Positions 1-12,739 of a stretch of DNA of 64,000 nucleotides are shown here, in pieces. The notes under the pieces were generated by a model. That model was not told where the DNA came from and did not search any database. It saw only the letters and a program-made list of their open reading frames with translations. The stretch is from Amoebidium appalachense (taxonomy: Eukaryota > Protista > Ichthyosporea), in contig CAVNZM010000008.1 in NCBI GenBank assembly GCA_963693365.1, forward strand, positions 6,768,830 to 6,832,829. The letters run 5' to 3'. Position 1 is the first letter of the stretch. Each line of letters begins with the position of its first letter. The position numbers and the translations under genes were made by a program.

Positions 1-913
1 ACAAGGGTTAAAGTGCTAATGTTTTTTTGGGTGTTTCCGAACCGATCGCTTCTGTGCAAGTATTGTAACTCCTCACTACCCAAAGAGTAAATGGCTTAGG
101 GGAAGGGGGATATGGGTGGGTGGGTGTTTGGGGGGGGGGGGGGGGGGGGGGGGGTAGAAAGACACTAAATTGCCATGTTCATAATACAGTATTTCCGTGT
201 GCTGTCAACGGACAATTTCTACCTACTTTTGCAGTCTCATACCCAAGAATGGTACTACAGCCAGTATATCTCGATGTAATTATAGTATAATCAATCGGCT
301 GTGCATTCTGTTTTATATTTATAGTTTAGCAATTGGGCCAGATGATTGGGGGCTGGGAGGAGGAGGGGGGGGGGGGGGGGGAGTGCAGGAGTGAGAAAGA
401 AACCGAAAAGGGAGTGCAGGAGTGAGAAAGATAACGAAAGTTTCTATTTTTCTTTTTTCTTTATTTCTTTTCAGAAGTTCTCTCCCCCTTTTTTGGGGCG
501 TGCGCAGGTGTGTGTGCTGCGCGCGTGCGTGTGCGCATCAGTGCACGTGCGTGTGGTGATGGTGGGTCAGGTGGTGGTGGTGGTGGAGTTAGGTGGACAA
601 CCACGTGTACATGGGGTATATGGTTATGTAGCTGCTGTAGGGATGTCGGTAGAGTGCAGCAGCCAACCACATGCATATAAATATAACCATATATGGTAAG
701 AGGTAGGCGATGTGGAGAATATTCGATTGCTCAAGACCTGGCAAATGACTAATAAATAACTAGCTATGAAGCCACGGTGAGCAAGTCTTAGTTGTGAATG
801 CGCTCAGTCATTTGCTCGTGGTGTGGCACAACGTGAATGTATGAGGGCAGTGTGGGGCAATGTGTGTTTGGGCATGGCCCCGTTGTGTTGCCAGGAGCCT
901 CTCCCTCTCCTCC

Positions 914-956
<43 letters not shown>

Positions 957-1154
957 CCCCCTCGCTGTCTCCACCCCACTCGCTCTCTCTCTCTCTCGCT
1001 CCCCCTCACACACTCTCTCTCTTCTCTCTCCCCCTCGTTCACTCTCTCTCACACTATCTCTCTATGTCTCTCTCTCTCTCTCTCCTCTCTCCCTTCCTCT
1101 CCCTCTCTCTCCTCCCCCCGCTCCCCCCCTTTCCCCCACCCTCTCTCTCTCTTA

Positions 1155-1555
1155 GGGCCCAACCACATCGACAGAGTCAACTTGCAAAAAGTAGAATTAT
1201 TCTGCAAAGGCAGAATTATTCTGCAAAAAGCAGAATTGTTCTGCCAAAAGCAGAATCACTCTGCTATTAGCAGAATTATTCTGCTTTTAGCAGAATCATT
1301 CCGTAAAAAGCAGAATTATTCTGCTTAAGGGCAGCAGAATAATTCTGCTTTAACTGCTTTAAACAGAATGATTCTGCTTTTAGCGGAATAATTCTGCTTT
1401 CAGCAGATTCAGATTGATTCTGCTTTTGCAGAATTTCTGCTTTTGCTGAATAAATCTGCTATTAGCATAATAATTCTGCTGTTTACAGAATAATTCTGCT
1501 TTTTGCAGAATAATTCTGCTCGAAGCAAGTTGACTCAGCCGATGTGGTTGGGCCC
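1155..1555. mobile_element. Fold-back MITE, PIF/Harbinger-like
   Basis: TIR GGGCCCAACCACATCGACAGAGTCAACTTGC at 1155 matches the reverse complement of the right end (GGGCCCAACCACATCGGCTGAGTCAACTTGC) with 2 mismatches. Left flank is TTA and right flank TTC (imperfect TWA TSD). The interior is about 16 copies of the palindrome GCAGAATWATTCTGC. GGGCCC termini with a TWA target suggest PIF/Harbinger. Confidence 0.8.
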
Positions 1556-2239
1556 TTCTCTTCCCCCCTCCCCTCTCCTCCCACCCCCCACCCCTCTCTG
1601 TCTCTCTCTCTCTCCCCCCCCCCCCTCCCCCTCCCTTCCCCCCTTTATGATCTCTTTCTCTCTCTTTCTCCCTCGCTCCATTCCCCCTCCACCCCCCTCC
1701 CCCCTCTGTCTATTTCTCCCCCCCCTCCCCTCCCTCCCCCCCCCCGCCCTCTCTCTCTCGCTCTCTCTCCCCCCCCCACACACACACCGACCCACTTACT
1801 CACTCAGTCCATGTATCATTATAATGATATAGCACACCACCACCAACATCACAACATAAACAAAGGTGCTGCTTAGGCAAATAGAGACTCCCATTTGTAT
1901 TTATTGTCATCATCGTCGGGCTCTCAGACTGCCAGCCATGGCATAAAATCAATTCCTGTATTAACTCTTTTCTCCCAAGGGAGCCCCCCTCCACCCCCCA
2001 CCCCCCTCACCCCCCCTCCCCCCCCCCCCCCCCTCTCATCCTTTCTTCCCCCTCACCCCCCCCCCCCCTCTCTCATCCTTTTCTCCCCCCCCCCCCCCCT
2101 CTCCCCCCCCCTCCCTCCCCCTTCCCCCCCCCCCCCCCCCCCCCCCCCCAACAAAAGTAAGCCTTTCTCCCCAGGGTCCGGGTCCCCTCCTGCCCCACCA
2201 ACGGTTCTTGTATCTGGCTGCCACCTTCCGCCCTAAGCA

Positions 2240-3700
2240 TACCCTCTACCGTCAGACATACCACGTTACAGGCACAACCCATGACGTCTGAGCTTTGCTT
2301 CAAATGGCTCGTTTGCCCTCCTCCGGCCACCTGATGTGATTGGTCAACCACAGATTGTCACGTGTTTTGTTGCCCGGCAGATCTTAGAGCAGTCAGCAAA
2401 AAGCTCGGCGAGAAAAAAAGGTAGACAAGGAACGTTTCAGCAGCTGCAGTTTCAATTGCCAATGTGTCAGCTTCACGTTTATTGCAGTGAGAAACACTTT
2501 GGCTGAGCTTGTTGGTTTAAAGCTTCTTAAACAGTCTCCAATGATTGGAGGGCCAGGTTGTTGCCATCTTTGTTTTTTTTTTAACCTGGGGTTTTATGTC
2601 TGTCTAATTCCCTCTTTAAGACGTAAGATTAGAAACATGAACCAATATAAACACCTCAACATTTTTTCCACTTGTTTTTTGCACCGCAGGAACGAATTTT
2701 TTTTGAAACCTGCTACTCACAAACATCTACAGTCATTTCACAACACAAACACCACACAAAATGGCCCAAGAGTCCACTCTGAAAGACCCTGATAATGAGG
2801 CCGCTCACGTCTCTATCGTCCCCAGGCCTGAGGATTTGGTTTTGTCCAACACACACTGCACAGATATGCTTATTGGATTTGTAAGTTTCTGCCCGACACA
2901 AACACACGCCTAGCTTGCAGCCTCGTATGCAAATTGTGGTGGTAGGTGGTGCGCACAGTGCCCATGCCCCACCCCGTCACGGTCAACCCCACCATGGTCC
3001 TTAGCTCCCACGTGCCCGGCGTGCCTCTCGAAGGCAAAGACTACATCCAGACCCTCCACATCGTGTGGAGACGTGCCGTTAGAAACATTCGTGTGCGTGA
3101 AGCAGCCTTTAAGCGCACGGGTCTAATAATCTATTCCCCCACATCGCTGTTCTACGCTCTTGCGGCGCATCGCATGTTGCCTGCTGGCTATGAGTGGCCA
3201 TACAACGTATGCTTCATTGACTGAGTGTGGCAAGCTTGGTTGCCAGACTTTGGGATCTCGAAAGAAACACCGTGGGTGACCACGGTGGCAGGCTAAACTT
3301 CGAGGTCGCTGACAGTGGGGCAGATTGTGATGTGTGCACAAGCCGCCGAACGGCTATCTTCTTTATTTTCAGTTTTACCATCATTTTGTTTTAATTAGTA
3401 CTAATATAATCTCGGGGGAAGGGGGGGGAAAGGGGGGGGGAGGGAGGCACGGGCCCATCATAGTAGCTTTTATCGCCTTCTTTTTCCTTTCTCGTGTGCA
3501 TGTATCAATCAACTCTTAAGATATCCAAGCAATCACGCCAGTCCTTTTGCACAGAGGGTATCCAATGGATTTCAGATGGGCCATTCTGGCTTTCTGCATT
3601 CACTTGAGCATCCTTTGACGTACATAATATTGGTGTATCAGCTGCAAGAATGGTGTACGAAGGGAATAAAAGCCTATCACCATCTGTCTAATGGTGTACT
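2240..3700. pseudogene. Possible degenerate Ty3/Gypsy pol fragments
   Basis: Frameshifted motif remnants only. Minus strand 2240-2360: VVD..RWPEE and RHG...SDGRG (integrase core-like). Plus 3040-3220: WRRAVRNIR...YEWPYNV (GPY/F-like). Plus 3570-3660: WAILAFCIHL / HPLTYI..LQEW (RNase H-like). No LTRs seen. Confidence 0.25.
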
Positions 3701-3917
3701 TGCCATAGTAACTTGTGGTGCCCCCGCAGTTCAACCGAGAAATACATGCAAGCCATATATGAAGCACAGAACAGCTCCGGTGCAAGAGAACACACAAGCC
3801 CTTTTAAATTTTTATTGCTGCTTAAAGAATATTCACCTTGATAATGGATATGCTACTTGGGCCTCGGGTCGACAGCTATATGGCATATCCCAATGCCAGG
3901 GAATACTTTTTTTTTTT

Positions 3918-3968
<51 letters not shown>

Positions 3969-4539
3969 ATCTTTGTGTAAATAGCCCATGCAAGAATCCG
4001 GGGGCAGGGCAAGGTATCGATCTGGTAACCGATGGTGGTGGTGGTGGTGGTGGTGGTGGTGGGTGGGTGGGGGGGGGGTGGGGAGGGGGGCTATGAGCTG
4101 GGTTTAGGGGGAGTGATGGCGGCAGTAGAGGTATTGCTCGCGTGGAAGAGAAAAAGGTTGCCTAAGTTATTTCCCCCGAGGAGAAGGAGGAGGGAAAGGA
4201 CCGGGGGGGAGAGGGGGCGGGAAGGGGGGGGGGGGGGGGTTGGCGAGGAGGGGGAGAGCGGTGGAGCGAGGGTCAAGGGGAAACGTACACCTTATGATCA
4301 TGAGGGGGAGGGGGGGGAGAGGGAGGAGGGTTGATCAGGAAAGACACAGAGAACCGAAAGATTGAGCTGGGTCAAAGCTTTCTATCAGTTTATTGTTTGC
4401 AGGTTGTGTATATGAATTTCTGTTGGGGTGTGTGTGTGTGGAAGGGGGTGGGGGGGAGGGGGTGGGGGGGAAGGGAGGGGGGGGGGGGGGGGGGAGTGTG
4501 TGTGTGTGGAGGGGGGGGGGGAGGAGTGAATGTTGTCCG

Positions 4540-4620
<81 letters not shown>

Positions 4621-5173
4621 AAGGGGGGGGGACTCGGGGGGGGGGGGGGGGGGGGGGTTCGTATGTGTGTGTGTGTGTGTGTGCCGCACGGTGCATGTAT
4701 GCGTTTGTGCGTGCATGCAGTGCGGTGCGTGCGTGTGTGTGTGTGTGTAAGCGCATGCGCCGGGGACGGGGGCGGAAGGGGAGGGGGGGGGGGGAGGGGA
4801 GGGTGAGCGAACTTGAACACGAATAAGGGGCCGACATTGCATGTGTGCACGTGTCTTTTCTGGCGTGTGGATTTGCTGCAATGATTTCAACAGCCAAACA
4901 GTCTCTGCCCAGATATCTCTCTCTTCCCTCCCCCCCCCCTCCCCCCTCCCCCCCCTCCCCCCCTCACTTTCTCCCCCCCCCCCCCCCCCCCCCCCCCAAT
5001 CTGAAAACTTGTGCACTTTTAAGTCACATCAGATTTCCGTTTTCTCACCTTTGCCCCCCCCCCGTCCAGAACATAATCCTCTTGGCATTTTCCTAGCCAG
5101 CCTCCCTTTCTGGTCTCATGCTGCCCCTCCCCGTTACCACCCCCCCCCCCCCCCCCCCCCCCCCCCACCCCCT

Positions 5174-5205
<32 letters not shown>

Positions 5206-5964
5206 CCTTCGTAATCCCCCCTTCCCCCTCTTCCCCCCCCCCCACACCTGCTCCCCCTCTCATGCATCCCACCTTCCCCTCTCAAGGCTTCCCCCCCTCG
5301 AGGCTCCCTCCGCCCCCCTCCGCCCCCCCCCCCCCCCTCCCCCCTCCCCCCGCACCCCCGATGGCTATGTCTGTGTTTCCTTGGAATGTCTATGTCAGTG
5401 TTCTATGCCTTATGCATCGATCGGACTAGCAAGAACCATATCATGTCCGTGATAATACTATGAGGTATGTGATAGATCGGAATTCAGGGTTACCATATAT
5501 GGGTTGTGCACATGTGGGCCACCACAAGTGTCTTAGACCCGTATGCAAGCATGGGATATGCTAACTTACTGCCAAGGATTCGAAGGATGTACACGTATGG
5601 GAAATATAGGAATAATTTGTGTACAAAATATCTCATGTGTGGAGATATCACAGATATCACGGTGCCATGCTAATATTAGATGTATGTCCACAAAATGTAT
5701 CTCAGTGGTGAGCACGTCATGTTTTTTACTTGGCATTTATTGTGACAGGGGAAGCGGTTCAAATGGCCTTTGGGGAGAGGGAGGGGAAGGGGACAGAGGG
5801 GGGGGAAAGAGAGAGGGGGCGGGGGGGGGGGGGGGGGGGAGGGGGAGGGAGGGGTAATCCTCGTCGATCAGGGAGAGAGAAACTTTGTCTGTGCGTGTGT
5901 GTGTGTGTGTGTGTGTGTCTGTGTGTATATGTGTGCGCGTGTGTGTAGTGTGGTGGTGGCATTG

Positions 5965-6021
<57 letters not shown>

Positions 6022-6058
6022 CGGATGATGGCCTCTGTGTACACGTACGCTGATGGAT

Positions 6059-6111
<53 letters not shown>

Positions 6112-6744
6112 AAGGGGCGGAGGGGGGGGGGGGGGGGGAGGGGAGGGAGGGGGTGCTCTGAGTCACGAAGGTTCCGTGTACGATACGATGTACAAAGCTT
6201 TTTATCATTGGCTGGCACCTGGCCAGCACTTAAAAATAGCATCCAATCACAGATTGGCATGCAAGATATTGACTTGCATTCGAGACAGGGTTTAAAATAG
6301 TGAAGAGGAAAAAGAAAAAAAATTGTAAAATTTAACAAACCTAATGGCCCCAAGGTGACCGTGTCAAAAGCACATACGCAAGCGCACACCTTGAATCGCA
6401 TTTAAGTTGTTTTAAACCCTCAAATAAGCACCATAAAATGTTTTGAATGGAGAAGTAAAAAACAGAAGGCATGAGCTGGAAAAATCTTGAGCCAAACATT
6501 AGATTCATACTGGGTAGGTTTAAACTTAAAAACCTCTTGTATTTATAATTAAACCCCTGGTATTTGTACTTTTAAACCCCTGAGCTAACAGTTTATTATA
6601 ACAACAAACTAATGCGATCGTGCAAGCAAAATTACGAAAATTGCCTACGATAGATCCTCACTTTTTTATATAATTCGACTCAGATTGGGTCATTAACTTG
6701 AGCTCTACGGCTATAATCGGTAAAAGAAAAGTGCAGGGTGCATA

Positions 6745-8026
6745 TTATTCCCGTTTTAGGGTTAGATGGGGGCTTGAATTAATGGAGGAGGCGGGACTCA
6801 GGGCATCATAGAAGGATGCCAAGTCCTCGGACTTAATGCCGCTGTTAGCCTTATTTGGTGCATGACCTCCATTTCTCATTGGCTCATAGCTGTAGGGGTT
6901 GAAGCGGGGGGCCAGGTTGCGGCTGCCTAGGCGTTTTGCTGGGGGCAGGGAGACCTTTTTTGAGGGTAGAAGGTGGTTGATGGCCTCCTGTGAAGGGGGA
7001 GGGGACGTTTGTGGTCTGGATAAGCGAAATGTTTTATGGTGAATGGAAGGAGGGGAAGAGGGAAAGAAGGACAGGGAAATGAGAGGAGGGGGGAGAGAGA
7101 GCGGAAGAGAAGGGTTTAGGGGATGAACTTTCCGGAGAAGGGGGGGGGGGGGGGGGGGATGAGGGGTCCAAGACGGGGTGATATAACAATCTTAGCTAGG
7201 GTTTTCTCGCCATGTCTGTGATAGCGAAGTGGGAGGGGCTGGGTGGGGGTAAAGAAAAGGGAAAGGAGCGGGGGGGGGGGGGGGGGGGAGGGGGGAGGGG
7301 GAGGGGGGGAGGGGGGAGGGGGGGGGGGGGAGGAATTGGGAAAGGTGGGGGGAGGGGGGTTGGAGGGTGTTACACACCACGACTTTGGCCATTCTCTCGC
7401 TGGCCTCGTGGCAGAAGGGGTTTGCAGACCGGGCCATGGGATTGGCCAGTATTTTTAGCATGGCCAACTCCTTGCTGTGGTAGGCCGTGCAGGTCGTGAA
7501 CGTGCACAGCTCTAGGGGGAACCGCAGCACCCCCTTCTGATTGGTTGAGTAGCTTGGCTCCTTGGTGGCGTCCTCCGAGACCGGGGCCATGTAGACCACA
7601 GGCATGAATTTGCTGAAGGAAGGGAGGTAGATGTTGGGGCTCTCCGGCTTGTTGGAGATCTTGACCACCCAGGTGTGCGCCTGGGACGTGAGGGTGCAGC
7701 CCATCACTGGGTGCGGGTACAGCGGCAGGGGCTGGGTGGAAGCCATGTGCGTGTGGTGGCCTATTTGGGAAGGAGGGAGGATGGTTAGATGTGCGGGAGA
7801 AATAACTACTGCTGTGTGTATATGTACACCTGTTTTTTTTTTTTTCCTCGAGTCATTTGTAAACTCTCAACACGCAGAACACAGGCCCCTCTCCAACCCA
7901 TTGCATCTGCAACCAGCCTCCGAGACACAAATACGAGACACAAACAGATGTCGGAGGGGAAAAGGGGTAAGAGAGGGGTGGGTGATTGGGGGGGTAGGGT
8001 GTGTGTGTATGTGTGGTGGTGGTGGT

Positions 8027-8061
<35 letters not shown>

Positions 8062-8394
8062 AGGGGGGGGGATGCTCACCCTTGACCCTGCGACCTTCAG
8101 CACGTGACTCCCAGCCAGTCACCAAGTCCCATTTTTGAACATAACCTGGGGGGGTCAGGCACTCGAACTGCAGCCACACGTGGTAGGACGTGTCGGGGTC
8201 TGCATTTTCAAAGCCGACCTGTGGGGGGGAGAGGGGGGGGGCGGAGGGGGAGGACGGGGGAGAGAGGTTGTTAGTGGTTGTGGTTGCTGGGAGATGTGAA
8301 TGTTGGGGCAAAGGGGTGTTCTATGGCTACAAAGTTTTTTTTTTCCCCCCTCTTTTTTTTTTTTTTTTTTTTTTTTTGGGGGGGGGGGGGGTGT

Positions 8395-8429
<35 letters not shown>

Positions 8430-9003
8430 ATACCGAAATCGATGGAAAGAGGTGTCTGCCTCGTGCGCTGACCAAATTTTCGTTGCCGACCGAGTAAAGC
8501 GCCTGCCACAGCTCCCCAGACTGCAGGTTTAGGGTGATATCGCTCTCGGCTCCCTGGGCATGCACCGTGGGGGAGGGGATGTTGTTTGCTCCCTTGAAAA
8601 AGTTTTCAGCCCGGATGGCTGGTTTCGTTGCCTTGAATTCGCTGAGATAAGAGGAGTGAGATTTTGAGGTGTAGATCGGGCGCAATTTTGTGGGGGCTGT
8701 GTGCACTTTGATTGGTGGGGTGGGTGGCGTGGGTGGTGCGGAGAGAACGGGCGATTGGACGAGAGAAATGTGCGGCTTGATGTCGGCCATGGGTGATTGG
8801 GTAGAGGACAAGGGGGTAAATTCAGACCGACGGAAGTTGACCTGGGCTAGGGTCGGGGATGACGTTGGTGAATTTGTTTCGGACTCGTACAGTTGTGGGG
8901 AGCTTGGAAGCGTCGTGTTTGATTGGCCTTCGGTCATGCCGCTAAGGTTGCCGCTGCTCCAGTCGAAGCCCATCTCCTCAAACATGGATTCAACCATGTA
9001 GAG

Positions 9004-9095
<92 letters not shown>

Positions 9096-10088
9096 ATCTG
9101 TGTGTACGTGTATGGGTGTGTGTGTGTGTTTGTTGTGAGCAAAAGGTTGCGGAGGATATCAAGCCAAAGCCACCAGCACAAAAATCTCCCGCCTTTCCTG
9201 CTGATGTGCTTGTGCATGCTCATGCGAAACTCTAATGGTACCCTCGTGTTTTTTCTTACCGCAGCCTCTTCTGGCCCTTTTATCTTTTTTTTGCAATTGG
9301 TGCAAATGAAAATCTTAGTTTTTCTTAAAAAACGAATGCAAATCAAGCCATTGCATGCGCCTATGTTTATGGCAGACATAATGATTTGTGTTGGGAAGGG
9401 GAGAGAGGGAGCGGGGAGAAGGGCGGGGCCGGGGGGGAGAGGAGGGGGGGGGGGGGGGGGGTAGGCACGTACTCGTCATCTGTGAAATTCACACTGTGGG
9501 CGCTCATTGTCTCGTCACTGCCCACTGTCGTCACACTGTCCTGCCTGCGGATGTTCCATGGGTGCGCATTCTCCACTTTGATTGGCTGCGAGTGGTTTAC
9601 CCCGTTTTGCAGGGGCTCTTGAAAACTACACCATTGTGTGGGATTTGGGGGGGCCTGTGTAATGGAAGGTGTAAGCACTCAAGAATACCAAGCAAGAAAG
9701 AGCGAAGGAGAGTTAAAAAACTGCAAGCGGAAAAAGGTTCTCTCTCTTTTCTTTTGCGTGCGTACGTGCGTGCCTGTATGCGCGTGCCCGTGCGTGTGTT
9801 TTTGCGTGTGCCTGAGAGTGTAAACTATGGTCTTGTCAAGTACGATGGGCACATACTTATTAGTTTCCTATTTTATTATTGTTGTTTTAATTAATATACT
9901 ATGCGCACGGGTTGGTGGTGGTGGTGGTGGGGGGGGGGGGGGGGGGGGGAGGAGGGGGGGGGGGGGGATGGAGGGGAATACCAAAACATCTTCCAAAGTG
10001 GAAAGTTGAGGCCTGGCCATCAGCGTGTTAAGAAGATCGGCTAGTAGTTGCCTCTGATAGTCCATATTGCCCCAGTGGTTGAGCGCAG

Positions 10089-10158
<70 letters not shown>

Positions 10159-10436
10159 ATTTACAAAAAGTGTCAGCAGTGTTCACTAGCTTTGACCCAA
10201 GAAATGCACCAAACGAGAACAAGGCTCTTCAAAAAAAAATATGTGCATTCAAGTTCTTACAAAACGCGACCGCACCACGCTCTTGCGTATCGGGTCCATG
10301 TGAATTTAGAGCACAAAAATTCATTCAAAACACAGCAGTTTTTTTGTTTCCGTGCAACTGTGATTTTTTCCTCGCCTGCCCATACCTCAAGTGCTGAGGT
10401 CTCCTGGAACGAAAACTGTTCAAGTGCCGTATCCAT
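6745..10436 (-). CDS. T-box domain transcription factor (divergent)
   Basis: Phase-consistent exons: 10436-10386, 10053-9982, 9867-9857 (11 nt), 9625-9473, about 9004-8434, 8218-8080, 7760-7378, 6987-6745. T-box motifs: ELWQALYSVGNENLVSARGRHLFP; VGFENADPDTSYHVWLQF; LYPHP; FTTCTAYHSKELAMLKILANPMAR. The C-terminal tail has RFNPY. The N-terminal exons and the 9004 acceptor are less certain than the domain exons. Confidence 0.85.
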
Positions 10437-10799
10437 TTTGCACTCGCTTGGTGATGAAGGCTTCTGCTCGGTGTAGGGTGCTAGTTGTAGCTGCCGACCG
10501 ATATGTCCGGATATTTCCTGAGGAGCTTCGCTGACAGAACCAAAAAAAAAGATGCCTTCCTCCTTAGTTTTCAGGGTACTTTTGCGGTATTCAAGATTGA
10601 AATTGATTTCTATGTCTCAACATTAAAATGTGTCCTTTATGTGATTTCAGTATGAATGATAATACAACAGTGTTAGGAAAATTCGTCCCGAAGCGCACCA
10701 CTCACTCGATGACACTCAGACTTCGCAGACTGGGTTGTGGCTGCGGTATTTATACGTTCGCACCTCCTGGAGGTTTGACGAGGAATTGTTCCAAACCCA

Positions 10800-10885
10800 T
10801 TTCTGATTGGCTATTTTAATCGATTTATATCAGGCTGACCAATCGTAGGCAGTCGTGCGGTGGCTCACGGCTTGATTGGTTCGAG
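10800..10885. promoter_or_regulatory. Cluster of three CCAAT boxes upstream of the T-box gene
   Basis: ATTGG at 10806, CCAAT at 10839 and ATTGG at 10875, spaced 33 and 36 bp, in a microsatellite-free region about 400 bp upstream of the ATG. Confidence 0.4.
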
Positions 10886-12739
10886 GCTCATCCCACGTTC
10901 GCCTCGTTCGTGTTTTTACGTGCGCGCATGGGCCCGTGCTCCCTGAGAGGACGTTCCCGGGCTCATTCAGTGAAGCACATCTTGTAAAGGAAGCGATGTG
11001 CTCAAGGTGGGGATAAAAGGATATATTTGAGAAGGGCCATCCTGGTGTCTCAACAACCGCATATCGCATTCGGATTCGAATTCTCAATCTGCTTACGATA
11101 TTCCCACACGGTCCTGCAGCAGCTTCCTGCAGCAGAGTAGCAGCAGAGCAGAGTAGCGGCTGTTACGCTTCTCACGAACATACAGGCACACGTGCACACG
11201 TCACGGCACGCCGGACAGTGGCCGCTGGTTTACTCAGTAGGCCGAGGCTGTGACTCTAGACCTTGTCTCCCATAAACTCTGGGGAAATGATTATAACTAA
11301 CAACAGATACATATGTACACACATCAAAATTGCTACTGATCGAAGTCGGAATTCAGTGCTTCTAAGGCCCTTTGTGATCAATCATTTAACAAAAATGCCT
11401 GCCGCACGTGCACTTAGAAATCCACGACCCCAGCAACCACAGAAATGTACAACATTCCAACAACTAAATTGTTATTGGTGGACGATAATGACCGATGATG
11501 ATTGGCTTCGAGTAGAAAAACCGGGATAATCCGGGCGCTCGGGAAGCCTCAGGGCCACGTACGTGACGTCGTGAATGGCGAGTCACTGGTGACTGTGGCT
11601 GCATGCTAAAATCTCTGATTTTCGCCGTTATTATATGTATATCTATATATGTATGTACTGTACGTGTGTAGGTATGTGTGTGTATGTGTCTATGTGCTTT
11701 TGTGTGTTGTTTCTGTACGTGTGTACATTACTCCGGCAGTCGGCAGTCCGGTAAATTAGATCTGTGGCGAGACTGTTACATGTGGCCCAGTCCACTGGCC
11801 GTGCAATAATTGATTAATATTTCGCATGCCACGGCATCACGGAGGCACACAAGCCACGGAAGTTCCCCCAAACCAATACAATCCAATATCATGATCGGTA
11901 AGATTAGTTATTAGCCGAATGTATATTATAATAGAAGCTCTCTATATTATACTAGTTCGTATCCGTATACTACCACCGTACAGAATACAAGCCATAATGT
12001 TCTTTCTACGCATACATGGCTACATCATCATCCGAACACTATCGTGACAAATATATTAGTCCTTCCGAAATCATGCGCTTGAATGGCATTGTTTACAGCT
12101 GCCTTTCGAGTAAGCCTTCTCGGAAGGAGGATCAGATTTTTGGTTCGGCGGATGCATATGACGGACTTAGGGGTCTGGCCGGCCCCGGCCGGGCAAGGTC
12201 GCCTGCACGAAAAATTGTGAGAACAAACAAAAAAAATTAACAAAAACAACAAAAAAAAATCATTACTAACTGTTAATCGCAAGTGGTGGCATTGAATATG
12301 GAGCTAAGCCTATACAACCTTTGACACACATACGGCAGCTGATCCATGACCATGACCCCACGTCGTGACGTTGTATCAGCTGTAAGTGGCCATGCATGAT
12401 TTTAGCTTGCATGTTTGCTGTAGCAGATAGATTTATTTGTACTTTGGATGTTCGTTTTGAGAGCTGTTAATCAAATGGCGGATTTTCAGTGGCGCTTGAG
12501 CTTTAGGACGGGAGGGGATGGATAAGGAAGCGCGTGAGTTACCCGGTAGCTGCTGACGCCGCGCATGCATGCAGTTTGCACATCTGGATCTATCTATGAC
12601 GTCATTGAGGCAAAGGCGTGTAACGGGCCGCGTGTCTCGGCGCGTGAAGAAGCCTTTCAAAAGACCCACGCACTCGAGCTAAAATCATGCCGGCTCGGGG
12701 CCTCACGGAGTCACGGGGTTTGCCTGACCAAGCTGCCTG

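Noticed and set aside
130-154. Poly-G runs as a pure sequencing artefact
   Set aside because: Runs occur as both G and C, avoid coding exons and track splice donors by strand, so they are probably real; exact lengths remain unreliable.
6286-6582. Possible hAT-like element with CAGGG(G)TTTAAAA inverted ends
   Set aside because: Short imperfect TIR and no 8-bp TSD at either candidate right end.
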